Below, one piece after another: positions 29,634-38,315 of a DNA stretch of 64,000 nt. Source of the DNA: Clostridia bacterium (GTDB lineage Bacteria; Bacillota; Clostridia; Oscillospirales; CAG-272); the NCBI GenBank assembly GCA_017539425.1, contig JAFYHA010000061.1:1043-65042 (forward strand), written 5' to 3'. The notes below the pieces were generated by a model that saw only the letters and a program-made list of their open reading frames with translations, searched no databases and had not been told where the DNA came from. Each line of letters begins with the position of its first letter. Position 1 is the stretch's first letter. The translations under genes were made by a program, and so were the position numbers.

Positions 29634-30599
29634 ATGCAAATCGCGATGCTCAGCGGCTGGCACGTCCATGCCGAAGGTTATGCCAAGGCCGTTCTGGAAA
29701 ACGGAGCGACGATCCCTTCCGTCTGGGATGAGGATCCCGAACGGGGTAAGAAATGGGCCGAAAAGCTCGGCGCCCGCTTCTGCCCGACCTATGAGGAGAT
29801 CCTGGCCGATCCCGAAATCGATGGCGTCGTGGTATGCGCCCCGACCTGCATGCATGCGGATATACTGCTCGCCGCAGCCAATGCCGGCAAGCACATCTTC
29901 ACGGAAAAGGTCATGACCCTGACCAACGAGAGTGCGAAGGCCGTGACGGAAGCCGTCCTGAAGAGCGGCATCCATTTCACGATCTCCCTGCCCTACAAAG
30001 CGGATCCCCGCTATCTTCTGGCCAAGCATCTTGTGGACGACGGATCCCTGGGTCAGATCACCTATGCGCGCGTCCGCAACTGCCACAGCGGCAGCATCCG
30101 GGACTGGCTCCCTCCCTATTTCTATGATGAAGCGCTCTGCGGAGGCGGAGCCATGATCGATCTGGGCGCCCATCCTATGTATCTGCTCCAGTGGTTCCTG
30201 GGCGACGCCCGCCGCGTATCCAGCAGCTTCCTGAACGCCACGGACCGTCCGGTCGAAGATAACGCCGTCAGCCTGATCGAATTCGACGGAGGCAAGATCG
30301 GCGTCAGCGAAACCGGATTCGTGTCCATTGCGGATCCGTTCATCGTGGAGATCAGCGGTACGAAAGGTTTCATTCAGATCGGCAGGACCATGACCGTGAC
30401 CATCGACGGAAAAGGTGTGGAAACCATCGATCCGAGTTCCATCCCCTATCACCAGGAACCGCCCGTTCCCTACTGGCTGAACAGTATCCGGGAGAATACA
30501 CCCAATGAGGTCTACACAGTCGAAGAGGGCGAAGCCCTGACCCGGATCATGGTGGCCGCCTATCAGGCCTCCAGGGCCGGACGAAAAACCGACCTCTGA
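29634..30599 (+). CDS. Gfo/Idh/MocA family oxidoreductase
   Basis: Start at MQIAMLSGWHVHAEGYA, trimmed from the track ORF. GVVVCAPTCMHADILLAAANAGKHIFTEKV matches the family's nucleotide-binding and EKP-like block. Confidence 0.85.
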   Translation: MQIAMLSGWHVHAEGYAKAVLENGATIPSVWDEDPERGKKWAEKLGARFCPTYEEILADPEIDGVVVCAPTCMHADILLAAANAGKHIFTEKVMTLTNESAKAVTEAVLKSGIHFTISLPYKADPRYLLAKHLVDDGSLGQITYARVRNCHSGSIRDWLPPYFYDEALCGGGAMIDLGAHPMYLLQWFLGDARRVSSSFLNATDRPVEDNAVSLIEFDGGKIGVSETGFVSIADPFIVEISGTKGFIQIGRTMTVTIDGKGVETIDPSSIPYHQEPPVPYWLNSIRENTPNEVYTVEEGEALTRIMVAAYQASRAGRKTDL

Positions 30600-30619
30600 C
30601 CATTCCAATAGTATTTGAA

Positions 30620-30643
30620 AGCCCCGCCGGTGCCGGCGGGGCT
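30620..30643. terminator. Bidirectional terminator hairpin between convergent genes
   Basis: AGCCCCGCCGG-TG-CCGGCGGGGCT, an 11-bp stem with T-rich flanks on both strands. Confidence 0.65.
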
Positions 30644-30662
30644 GATTCGGTTTTCGGGGGGA

Positions 30663-31868
30663 TCAGGCGGCGTCCTTCCACTCTTCCGGAAGCGTCCGGT
30701 AGGTCTTGAACCAGGTCGTGTCCTTCAGTTTGGCCTGCTCGCCCGTGCACTGGACCTCAATTTCTGTCTTGGGCTTCGAAATCACATGGATCGTTCCGTT
30801 CAGGGACTGGAACGTCTTGTTCTCGTTGTCCGTAGACACCGTCGTCACGTATACGCGGTCCGTGTACTTGGCGATCCGGTCGATGCTGTCCTGCGCCGGG
30901 AACATGCGGGTCTCGTCCTTGGTATACTCGTTGTTGAACGCACAGCAGCAGATGCAGACGATATCCGGACGGATCACGGACAGGAGTTTCTCCGTGTTCG
31001 CCGTATAGGATCCGTGATGTCCGCCTTTGAACAGGTTGACCTTGGGCAGATCGTTCATCTCCACCAGATGCGCTTCGCCCTTCTCTTCCAGATCTCCCGT
31101 GAACAGGAAGTTCCGGTCGCCTCCCTGGTTGATCAGGCAGCAGACGGAATAGTCGTTCTCGTCCTTTGTTTCATTATAATAATAGTAGTTGTCCAGGATG
31201 GTCATCGTGATGCCTTCGGACAGTGTGAAGACGTATTCCCCGCTCTCCCGGACCTCCCGTGCCGTCATATGCTTCGCTCCGGCGTTGATCTCATCCTGCA
31301 GTTCGCGGCAGTAGGACTCATAGACCTTGCTCGTCGCATTGGTCAGTGCGAAGTCGATGATCATGCCGCACTCATACAGGTCGAAGATCCCGTCCTTGGT
31401 CGTGGACGCGGGAGCAAAGCCTGCGATGTGGTCCTGATGGGCATGCGTCACGATGACGTACTCCAGTTTTCCGTCCGTGCAGTACTTGTCGATCTCCGCC
31501 TTCAGGAACGGAACGCTGTTCTCCCGGGACCCGGCGTCGATCAGGATATCGCAGTCGCCGGCCTTGATGAACGTGCAGTCGCCGGTATACCAGTTGCCCA
31601 GTTCCATGAAGGTGATGACCAGGTCTTCCGAATCGTAGACCACCACGGGCGTCACTTTGGTCTCGGTTTCCGCTTTTTCAGGCTCCGCGGGCGCGTTGAG
31701 TCCCGGTATCTTCAGGTAACCCATCATATACAGCGCGATCAGGGCGCCGATGATCAGGACGACCACCGCGACCAGTATCAGTATGCCGGTCCCGGATTTT
31801 GAGGCCTTACGAACGGTTTTTCTTGCGGCGGAGCGGACGATGCGCTTGGAGCCATTGCTTTTAGCCAT
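30663..31868 (-). CDS. Membrane-anchored MBL-fold metallo-hydrolase (ComEC C-terminal-domain-like)
   Basis: N-terminal TM ILILVAVVVLIIGALIALYMM, followed by an HAHQDH metallo-beta-lactamase motif. Confidence 0.8.
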   Translation of the reverse strand: MAKSNGSKRIVRSAARKTVRKASKSGTGILILVAVVVLIIGALIALYMMGYLKIPGLNAPAEPEKAETETKVTPVVVYDSEDLVITFMELGNWYTGDCTFIKAGDCDILIDAGSRENSVPFLKAEIDKYCTDGKLEYVIVTHAHQDHIAGFAPASTTKDGIFDLYECGMIIDFALTNATSKVYESYCRELQDEINAGAKHMTAREVRESGEYVFTLSEGITMTILDNYYYYNETKDENDYSVCCLINQGGDRNFLFTGDLEEKGEAHLVEMNDLPKVNLFKGGHHGSYTANTEKLLSVIRPDIVCICCCAFNNEYTKDETRMFPAQDSIDRIAKYTDRVYVTTVSTDNENKTFQSLNGTIHVISKPKTEIEVQCTGEQAKLKDTTWFKTYRTLPEEWKDAA

Positions 31869-31894
31869 AGGTTTTTTCTCCTGTATGATTCCAT

Positions 31895-31917
31895 AAAAAA
31901 AGGGCCCCGAAGGACCC
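31895..31917 (-). terminator. Rho-independent terminator after tRNA-Ser
   Basis: Minus strand: GGGTCC-TTCG-GGGCCC followed by TTTTTTT. Confidence 0.7.
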
Positions 31918-31930
31918 TCTTTCGTGCAAA

Positions 31931-32019
31931 CGGAGAGATAGGGATTCGAACCCTAGATGGAGGATTACTCCATACGCGATTTCCAGTCGCGCGCCTTAGA
32001 CCATCTCAGCCATCTCTCC
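31931..32019 (-). tRNA. tRNA-Ser (anticodon GGA), class II with long variable arm, no encoded CCA
   Basis: Manual cloverleaf. Acceptor GGAGAGA/TCTCTCC. Anticodon stem CGCGA/TCGCG with loop CTGGAAA. Variable stem TGGAG/CTCCA. T arm AGGG-TTCGAAT-CCCT. Confidence 0.9.
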
Positions 32020-32032
32020 ATGAGACTTGCAT

Positions 32033-32061
32033 ATAGTAACACAAAAAGGGACCTTTGTCAA
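32033..32061 (-). promoter_or_regulatory. Putative sigma-A promoter for tRNA-Ser
   Basis: Minus strand: TTGACA-17 nt-TACTAT, ending 13 nt before the mature 5' end. Confidence 0.55.
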
Positions 32062-32187
32062 TAAGTTTGCCTGCAAAAGGCCGGAAAACTTTTTTGCTTC
32101 AAAGGGTTGATTTTTAGAATGAGATATGCTATCATACCACTTACCGTGGGTAAAAATGATCATTCCTGCTTTGGAGGTACAATAGAT

Positions 32188-32418
32188 ATGCTCGCACTTG
32201 AGATTTCTCTCTTGGTCGTTGGAGTTCTGCTGACGGCATCCATCCTTTCCCAGTCCGGAAAAGACAAGAACCTGTCCGGTTCCATCGCCGGCGGCGCTGA
32301 AACCTTTTTGGGCAAGGCCAAGGGTAAGGCACTGGATAAATTCCTGAACAAAGCCAATATCGTTCTTGCATCCGTTTTCGGAATTCTGGCGCTGGTGACC
32401 TACCTGCTGCACTCCTGA
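32188..32418 (+). CDS. secG: Preprotein translocase subunit SecG
   Basis: 76 aa with two TM helices flanking a Gly-rich loop (SQSGKDKNLSGSIAGGAETFLGK). GGAGG RBS; start trimmed from the track ORF. Confidence 0.85.
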   Translation: MLALEISLLVVGVLLTASILSQSGKDKNLSGSIAGGAETFLGKAKGKALDKFLNKANIVLASVFGILALVTYLLHS

Positions 32419-32437
32419 GCGGTTTGTCGAGAACAAA

Positions 32438-32461
32438 AGCAGGGTTGTTCCCTGCTTTTTT
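32438..32461 (+). terminator. Rho-independent terminator of secG
   Basis: GCAGGG-TTGTT-CCCTGC followed by TTTTTTT. Confidence 0.75.
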
Positions 32462-32464
32462 CAT

Positions 32465-32497
32465 ACAACACCCCCTTGTGCTCCAAGGGGGTGTTGT
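32465..32497 (-). terminator. 13-bp GC-rich hairpin at the 3' end of hup (no U tract)
   Basis: ACAACACCCCCTT-7 nt-AAGGGGGTGTTGT. Confidence 0.45.
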
Positions 32498-32516
32498 ACT
32501 GTCTTGAACTGTCAGA

Positions 32517-32792
32517 TTATTTGTTGACAGCGTCCTTCAGGGTCTTGGATGCCTTGAAGCCAGGAACCTTGGAAGCGGCGACTTCAACAGACTCACCGGT
32601 TCTGGGGTTGCGGCTGGTTCTGGCAGCGCGGCTGCGGACTTCGAAGATGCCCAATCCGGCCAGCTGAACCTTATCGCCGGCTACGAGAGCAGCGGTGATT
32701 TCATCCACGACGGCGTTCACGGCGTCAGCAGCTTTTTTCTGGCTGATGCCAACCTTCTCGGCAACGATTTTTGCAAGTTCGGTTTTGTTCAT
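32517..32792 (-). CDS. hup: DNA-binding protein HU
   Basis: MNKTELAKIVAEK...GLGIFEVRSRAARTSRNPRTGESVEV...FKASKTLKDAVN, the canonical HU sequence. Start trimmed to 32792. Confidence 0.96.
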   Translation of the reverse strand: MNKTELAKIVAEKVGISQKKAADAVNAVVDEITAALVAGDKVQLAGLGIFEVRSRAARTSRNPRTGESVEVAASKVPGFKASKTLKDAVNK

Positions 32793-33007
32793 GATAGACC
32801 TCCAAAAGATTTTGGTATCTTGATTGTAGCATACTTTTTTGCGCTTGTCCACACATTTTTCTACAAAACTGATAAAAAAGTACAAGAAAAATCAAGTTTT
32901 TTCGCTTTTTTCCCCAACTTGGGACACAAATGTCCGTCTCTGGCCCGGCTTTCGTCCGATTTTTCTTGACTGGCAAGCACTTTCTCCGCCATACCCGCTC
33001 TGCGCGT

Positions 33008-33541
33008 TCAACGGATCTGCAGCAGTTCCTCGGCGGGTTTCCTCGGCCTCATCACCGGCTCCCCGGCACGGTAGCCCAAGGCGATCACGGCCACGATCTC
33101 CTCTTCCGCAGGAATGGAAAAGAGCTTGCGCAGCGCGTCTGCGTCCCGGCATCCCATGATCAGGGTATCCAGTCCCTGCTCGGATGCGGACAGGATCAGA
33201 TAGGCGTTCTGGAGTCCCAGATCATAGGCTCCCCATCCGTCGCCCAGTTCGTTTGTAGGTGTTCCGTCCGCGGCAAACCCGGCGATCCCCTTCTTGAATG
33301 TGCTGACCAGAAAGGCCGGCGCCTTTTCCGTGCTTCTCTGGTTGAATTCCGGAAGAGCCTTGCGGACCTCCTCTACGTATTCCGGACTGTACGCGGCATA
33401 GATCCGCCCGGTCTGGGAGTTCTTCCAGCTCGGAGCCATCCGGATGTCCTCTGCGATCTTCTGGATCTGCTCCCGGCTCACGGGACGTCCGTCGAAGGCC
33501 CGCACGCTTCTTCTGCACTCTAACAATGATTTGAATTCCAT
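33008..33541 (-). CDS. Nitroreductase family protein
   Basis: RRSVRAF motif at the N-terminus, ...APSWKNSQ..., and a size of 177 aa. Confidence 0.85.
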   Translation of the reverse strand: MEFKSLLECRRSVRAFDGRPVSREQIQKIAEDIRMAPSWKNSQTGRIYAAYSPEYVEEVRKALPEFNQRSTEKAPAFLVSTFKKGIAGFAADGTPTNELGDGWGAYDLGLQNAYLILSASEQGLDTLIMGCRDADALRKLFSIPAEEEIVAVIALGYRAGEPVMRPRKPAEELLQIR

Positions 33542-33663
33542 ACGAATTCCCCTTTCTAAGACTTACAGATCCATTTTACACGGAAAAATCACCCGGTTCA
33601 ACAACTTTGGAAAGAATCGGGACGTTCATGACCGATTTCCTGTGAAAACACATTTTTGTCATC

Positions 33664-33692
33664 TTGACTTTTTCCCGGTTTTCAAGCATAAT
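33664..33692 (+). promoter_or_regulatory. Putative sigma-A promoter for the rubrerythrin gene
   Basis: TTGACT-17 nt-CATAAT. Leaves a leader of about 80 nt. Confidence 0.45.
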
Positions 33693-33776
33693 GGGATCAG
33701 GAAACCTCGGGACCCGGAAAAGGCCCGACATCCCGTCCGTACACGGCAAGTGACGGGCGAATCAGGAGGTAGTCAA

Positions 33777-34325
33777 ATGAAAAAATGGAGATGCAAGATC
33801 TGCGGTGAGATCATCGAGTCCGATGTCTGCCCCAGCCAGTGCCCCCGCTGCAAAGTGAAGGGTGACGACAAGTTCGAAGAAATCAAGGAAGAGGGCCTGT
33901 CCTGGGCGGCTGAGCATGTGCTCGGCATCGCAAAAGACGCTCCCGAAGACATCAAGGAAGGCCTGCGCGCCAACTTCCACGGCGAGTGCTCCGAAGTCGG
34001 CATGTATCTGGCCATGGCCAGAGTAGCCGCCAGAGAAGGCTATCCCGAGATTGCCATGTACTGGGAAAAGGCCGCTTTTGAAGAGGCGGAGCACGCCGCC
34101 AAGTTCGCTGAACTGCTCGGCGAGGAACTGACGGATTCCACCAAGAAGAACCTGGAAATGCGCGTAGCCGCCGAGAACGGCGCGACCACAGGCAAGACCG
34201 AACTCGCCAAAAAGGCCAAGGCTCTCAATCTGGATGCCATTCATGACACCGTTCATGAAATGGCACGCGATGAGGCCAGACACGGCAAGGCCCTCAAAGG
34301 CCTCTTGGACAGATACTTCGGCTGA
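33777..34325 (+). CDS. Reverse rubrerythrin (N-terminal rubredoxin-like CxxC...CxxC, C-terminal ferritin-like di-iron domain)
   Basis: CKICGE...CPRC, followed by ExxH di-iron motifs ([18 protein letters not shown]). Start at MKKWRC with AGGAGG RBS. Confidence 0.88.
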   Translation: MKKWRCKICGEIIESDVCPSQCPRCKVKGDDKFEEIKEEGLSWAAEHVLGIAKDAPEDIKEGLRANFHGECSEVGMYLAMARVAAREGYPEIAMYWEKAAFEEAEHAAKFAELLGEELTDSTKKNLEMRVAAENGATTGKTELAKKAKALNLDAIHDTVHEMARDEARHGKALKGLLDRYFG

Positions 34326-34339
34326 TCCGGATCATTCCC

Positions 34340-34371
34340 GCAGGAAGGCGCAAAGCCTTCCTGCTTTTTTT
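34340..34371 (+). terminator. Rho-independent terminator of the rubrerythrin gene
   Basis: GCAGGAAGG-loop-CCTTCCTGC followed by TTTTTTT. Confidence 0.8.
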
Positions 34372-34452
34372 GCCAATTCTTGTCTAATCCGTTGTTTTCA
34401 CTATTTCCATATGATATAATTCTCAAGAATATTATTTTGAAAAGAGACGCTC

Positions 34453-35940
34453 ATGTCATCTATTGCCGAGTCAGAATCCTCTGTGAGGAAGGTTCCCCGC
34501 CTTCCCCAAAAAGACCTGGATCTGACAACAGGACCTTTCCTGCCCAAAATCATCAAATATACCCTTCCCATCATGGCCACCAGTCTTCTGCAGCTGCTGT
34601 TCAACGCGGCGGATCTGGTCGTGGTGGGACAATACTGCGGAGACCTGTATGTAGGTGCGGTCGGAGCCACCAGCGCCCTGATCAACCTGATGGTCAATCT
34701 GTTCATCGGCCTGTCCGTAGGCGCCGGCGTCGCCGTGGCCCACGGAATCGGAGCCGAGGACAACGAGAGCGTTCACAGGGTCATCCATACGGCGATCCCC
34801 ACGGCGCTGATCTCCGGGGCGGTACTGACCGTGGTCGGCATCTTGGCCTCCCGGCAATTTCTCATCTGGATGGGCACACCGGACGAGGCGCTGGAACTGT
34901 CCGCCGTGTATCTCCGGATCTATTTTGCGGGCATCATCCCGATCCTGCTCTACAATTACGGCGCCTCCATTCTCCGTGCCTCGGGCGACACGCGCAGTCC
35001 GCTGATCTTTCTTTCGATTGCCGGCGTACTCAATATACTGATCAACATTCTGCTGGTCACCGCTTTCAAGATGAACGTGGACGGTGTCGCGCTCGCCACC
35101 GTGATTTCCCAGACCGCAGCCTGCGCCCTGGTCTTAAGCGAACTGCACCGCCGGAGGGATGCCTGCCGTCTGCAGTTCCGCAAGCTCCGCATCTACAAAA
35201 AATCGCTTCTGGAGATGTTGCGCATCGGGCTTCCCGCCGGATTGCAGGGCTCCCTGTTCTCCATTTCCAACGTCATCATCCAGTCCTCGGTCAACTCCTT
35301 CGGGCCATTCGTCCTGAACGGAAACACGGCCTCGGCCAGCATCGAGGGATTCGTCTGGGTCTCCATGAACGCGTTCCATCAGGCAGCCATGAACTTCACC
35401 AGCCAGAACCTGGGCGCGAAAAAATACCGGAATGTCGTCCGGATCATGAAGATCTGCCTGATCAGCGTGACCGTGACCGGTCTGGTCCTGGGCACGGTCG
35501 TCAATCTTCTGGGCCGTCCTCTTCTGTCGCTGTATCTGACCGATGCCTCCCAACTGACCTACGATGCCGGACTGGAGCGGATGCGGATGGTCGTCACCCT
35601 GTATTTTCTGTGCGGGATCATGGATACGATGACCGGAACCCTCCGGGGTCTGGGCGTTTCCATCTCCCCGATGCTGATCACGGTCTTAGGCGTGTGCGGA
35701 TCCCGTCTGCTCTGGATCTTTACCGCGTTCCAGCTCCCGGAATTCCACTCCATGACCTGGCTGATGGTCACCTATCCCGTTTCCTGGTTCCTGACGTTTC
35801 TGGCTGAGGTCGTCTGTTTCCTCATCGTCTGGAAACGGATCCGTCCCCCGGACCTCCCGCCGGACGGCCCTCAGGATCTTTCTTCTGCCGCTTCCCGGGA
35901 TGACTCTGCGGACGATCCGCAGGACCTGCCCGTCTCTTAA
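34453..35940 (+). CDS. MATE family efflux transporter
   Basis: 12-TM pattern. N-terminal LPKIIKYTLPIMATSLLQLLFNAADLVVVGQ is typical of MATE/NorM-like proteins. Confidence 0.88.
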   Translation: MSSIAESESSVRKVPRLPQKDLDLTTGPFLPKIIKYTLPIMATSLLQLLFNAADLVVVGQYCGDLYVGAVGATSALINLMVNLFIGLSVGAGVAVAHGIGAEDNESVHRVIHTAIPTALISGAVLTVVGILASRQFLIWMGTPDEALELSAVYLRIYFAGIIPILLYNYGASILRASGDTRSPLIFLSIAGVLNILINILLVTAFKMNVDGVALATVISQTAACALVLSELHRRRDACRLQFRKLRIYKKSLLEMLRIGLPAGLQGSLFSISNVIIQSSVNSFGPFVLNGNTASASIEGFVWVSMNAFHQAAMNFTSQNLGAKKYRNVVRIMKICLISVTVTGLVLGTVVNLLGRPLLSLYLTDASQLTYDAGLERMRMVVTLYFLCGIMDTMTGTLRGLGVSISPMLITVLGVCGSRLLWIFTAFQLPEFHSMTWLMVTYPVSWFLTFLAEVVCFLIVWKRIRPPDLPPDGPQDLSSAASRDDSADDPQDLPVS

Positions 35941-35957
35941 GAGAAAGGAATATTGCC

Positions 35958-37397
35958 ATGACAAGCTCAGCTTCCGCCCCGCTCAAGCTCAATATGAAGC
36001 GGACGTTCACCATCGGGTTTGCCTTTTTCGGGATCCTCCTGCTCTGGCAGGTCTATGATTCCTGGTGCCCGACTTTCCTGACCGAACTGTTCGGAAACGC
36101 GTTCTACGGCGAAGCCGCGAAGGAACACAGTGAACAGGTCCAGTATCTGGTCGGTATCATGATGGCGCTGGACAACCTGGCTGCCCTCATCCTGCTCCCG
36201 ATCTTCGGGCGGATCTCGGACCGCACGCACACAAGAATCGGAAAACGCATGCCGTTCATCCTGGTCGGCACGTTCGTGTCCGCGGTCCTGTTCCCCTTCA
36301 TTCCCGTCTTCTTCCACTACCATAATCTGATCGGGACCGTCCTCATCATGGGCGTCGTGGTCATCTTCATGATGATGTACCGCAATCCTGCGGTCTCGCT
36401 GATGCCGGACCTGACCCCGAAGCCGCTGCGCAGCAAGGCCAACGGCATCATCAACATCATGGGGTATCTCGGCGGCGCCTGCGCGACGGTCGTAGGCATC
36501 TTCTTCGTGCTCAGCCAGTATCTGGGCACCCAGGTCGGCAAGCCGCACACCTGGCAGTACCAGAACATCTGGGCCATCGAGATCCCGTTCCTGCTGGCCT
36601 CCGTGCTGATGATCGTATCAGCCCTGTTCCTGTTCTTCCGGATCCGGGAGAACGAGGTCGCCGAACAGATCAAAGGCGATATGGAGCGCGGCGAACTGGA
36701 ATCCGAATCCGCGGTTCCGGTCGAGGATTCGGGTCCCATGCCCCGCGCCAACAAGATCATGCTCCTCCTGATCCTGGCCGCCGAATTCTTCTGGTTCATG
36801 GCGGACAACGGCATTGCCACGTTCATGGGCAACTACACGGTCTACTATCTGGGCGCCTCCACCCAGTCCAATATGATCAACACGATCGTAGGCGGCGTCG
36901 GATCCGTCCTGGGCTTTGCCTTCGGCGGTGTGCTCGCCTCAAGGATCGGACGGAAATGGTCGGTCTCCCTGGGTCTGGGCGTTTCGCTCGCGGCCTATGC
37001 GGTATGGGGCATCCTGACCTTCACCACGCTGAAGGGCGCGGCCGGAAGCGGTTCGTTCCCGCCTGTCATCTACGCAGTCTGGTTCATCAAGGGTGTAGGC
37101 ATGTCCTTCGTACACGTCAACTCCTTCCCCATGGTCGTGGAACTGTGCTCCTCCTCCCGGATCGGCCAGTTCACCGGCTACTATTACGCGGCCTCCATGG
37201 CCGCCCAGACCATCACACCGGTGGCGCTGGGCGTTCTGCTCCTCCATCCGGAGCTGAATTTCGGCTATCTGCCGGTCTATGCCCTGATCTGTCTTGTCAT
37301 CTCGCTCGGAGTCTTCCTGTTCGTCAAGAATGTCAAGGCCAAGAAGGTCGCGATCACCAAAGGCCTGGAAGCGTTCGACAACGACGAGATGCAATAG
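35958..37397 (+). CDS. MFS transporter (GPH/SLC45-like signature)
   Basis: Polytopic protein with a GRISDRTHTRIGKRMPF loop motif after TM2. Confidence 0.8.
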   Translation: MTSSASAPLKLNMKRTFTIGFAFFGILLLWQVYDSWCPTFLTELFGNAFYGEAAKEHSEQVQYLVGIMMALDNLAALILLPIFGRISDRTHTRIGKRMPFILVGTFVSAVLFPFIPVFFHYHNLIGTVLIMGVVVIFMMMYRNPAVSLMPDLTPKPLRSKANGIINIMGYLGGACATVVGIFFVLSQYLGTQVGKPHTWQYQNIWAIEIPFLLASVLMIVSALFLFFRIRENEVAEQIKGDMERGELESESAVPVEDSGPMPRANKIMLLLILAAEFFWFMADNGIATFMGNYTVYYLGASTQSNMINTIVGGVGSVLGFAFGGVLASRIGRKWSVSLGLGVSLAAYAVWGILTFTTLKGAAGSGSFPPVIYAVWFIKGVGMSFVHVNSFPMVVELCSSSRIGQFTGYYYAASMAAQTITPVALGVLLLHPELNFGYLPVYALICLVISLGVFLFVKNVKAKKVAITKGLEAFDNDEMQ

Positions 37398-37410
37398 GAG
37401 GCACGGATCT

Positions 37411-38139
37411 ATGCTCAAAAGAGAAAAAGTCCTGGAGGCGACCCACCCGCTTATCCTCAAGGGCATCTGCCATCGCGGGCTGCACAACGCAAACGACATT
37501 GAAAACGGCATGCGCGCCTTCCAAAACGCCGTGGAGGCCGGAATGGCCCTTGAACTGGACGTCCATCTGACGACGGACGGACAGCTGATCGTCTGCCATG
37601 ACTCAGATCTGTCCCGCGTGACCGGAAAGGCCGGGATCATCGAGGATATGACCGTACAGGAGATCCGTGAACAGTACACGCTCCTGGACGGTGAACCCCT
37701 TCCCCTTCTGTCCGAAGTCCTGGACATGGTGAAGGAGCGGGTCCCGATCGTCCTCGAGATGAAGGTCTGGAACAAGAACCGGAAACCTTTGGCCAATGCC
37801 GTAAGAGAAGCGCTCAAGGGCATCCGGGACAAACGCAATATCCTGCTCATCTCCTTTGATCCGTTCCCGCTCCTGTACCTGAAGAGCTCCGGGTTCATGC
37901 GTCAGCTCCTGATCTCCACGATCTACCGCAAAACCCTGCTTTTCCGCCGCTGCTTCGAGGGACTGGATCTGGACAAGCGTTTTCTGGAAGAAAAGCGTTT
38001 TCAGTCCTACCGTAAAAAGTATGTCATAAACGTGTGGACCGTGACCTCGAAAGAGGACTTTGAACGGGTCCTGCCCTACGTGGACACGGTCACGTTCCAG
38101 GACACCGACGCCGAATATATCCGTTCCCGTCTGGGCTGA
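37411..38139 (+). CDS. Glycerophosphodiester phosphodiesterase family protein
   Basis: CHRGLH...ENGMRAF...LELDVHLTTDGQLIVCHD, the GDPD catalytic block. Start trimmed to MLKREK. Confidence 0.88.
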   Translation: MLKREKVLEATHPLILKGICHRGLHNANDIENGMRAFQNAVEAGMALELDVHLTTDGQLIVCHDSDLSRVTGKAGIIEDMTVQEIREQYTLLDGEPLPLLSEVLDMVKERVPIVLEMKVWNKNRKPLANAVREALKGIRDKRNILLISFDPFPLLYLKSSGFMRQLLISTIYRKTLLFRRCFEGLDLDKRFLEEKRFQSYRKKYVINVWTVTSKEDFERVLPYVDTVTFQDTDAEYIRSRLG

Positions 38140-38153
38140 CCGGAGGGACAGTC

Positions 38154-38184
38154 CCGCCGCGGCACTCTGCCGCGGCGGCCTTTT
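38154..38184 (+). terminator. Rho-independent terminator after the GDPD gene
   Basis: 11-bp stem CCGCCGCGGCA/TGCCGCGGCGG with a 3-nt loop, followed by CCTTTT. Confidence 0.7.
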
Positions 38185-38240
38185 GCGAAATTCCACAAAA
38201 AAACCGGGCCCGATCCCCTCACTTTTAGCAGAGCCCATAA

Positions 38241-38269
38241 TTGACAAGATTATAGGAATATAGTAAAAT
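38241..38269 (+). promoter_or_regulatory. Putative sigma-A promoter of the pyr operon
   Basis: TTGACA-17 nt-TAAAAT. Confidence 0.55.
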
Positions 38270-38315
38270 CATTTTAATGGATTTCCTGTGCGCACGGGAA
38301 AAGGAGGATGACGGC

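Noticed and set aside
33444-33776. N-terminal extensions of track ORFs: rubrerythrin here, and likewise 29535-29633, 37294-37410, 40539-40610, 53613-53750, 32107-32187 and 32793-32885
   Set aside because: In every case the homologous protein sequence begins at an internal Met with a good RBS. The upstream extension overlaps the preceding gene or intergenic signals.
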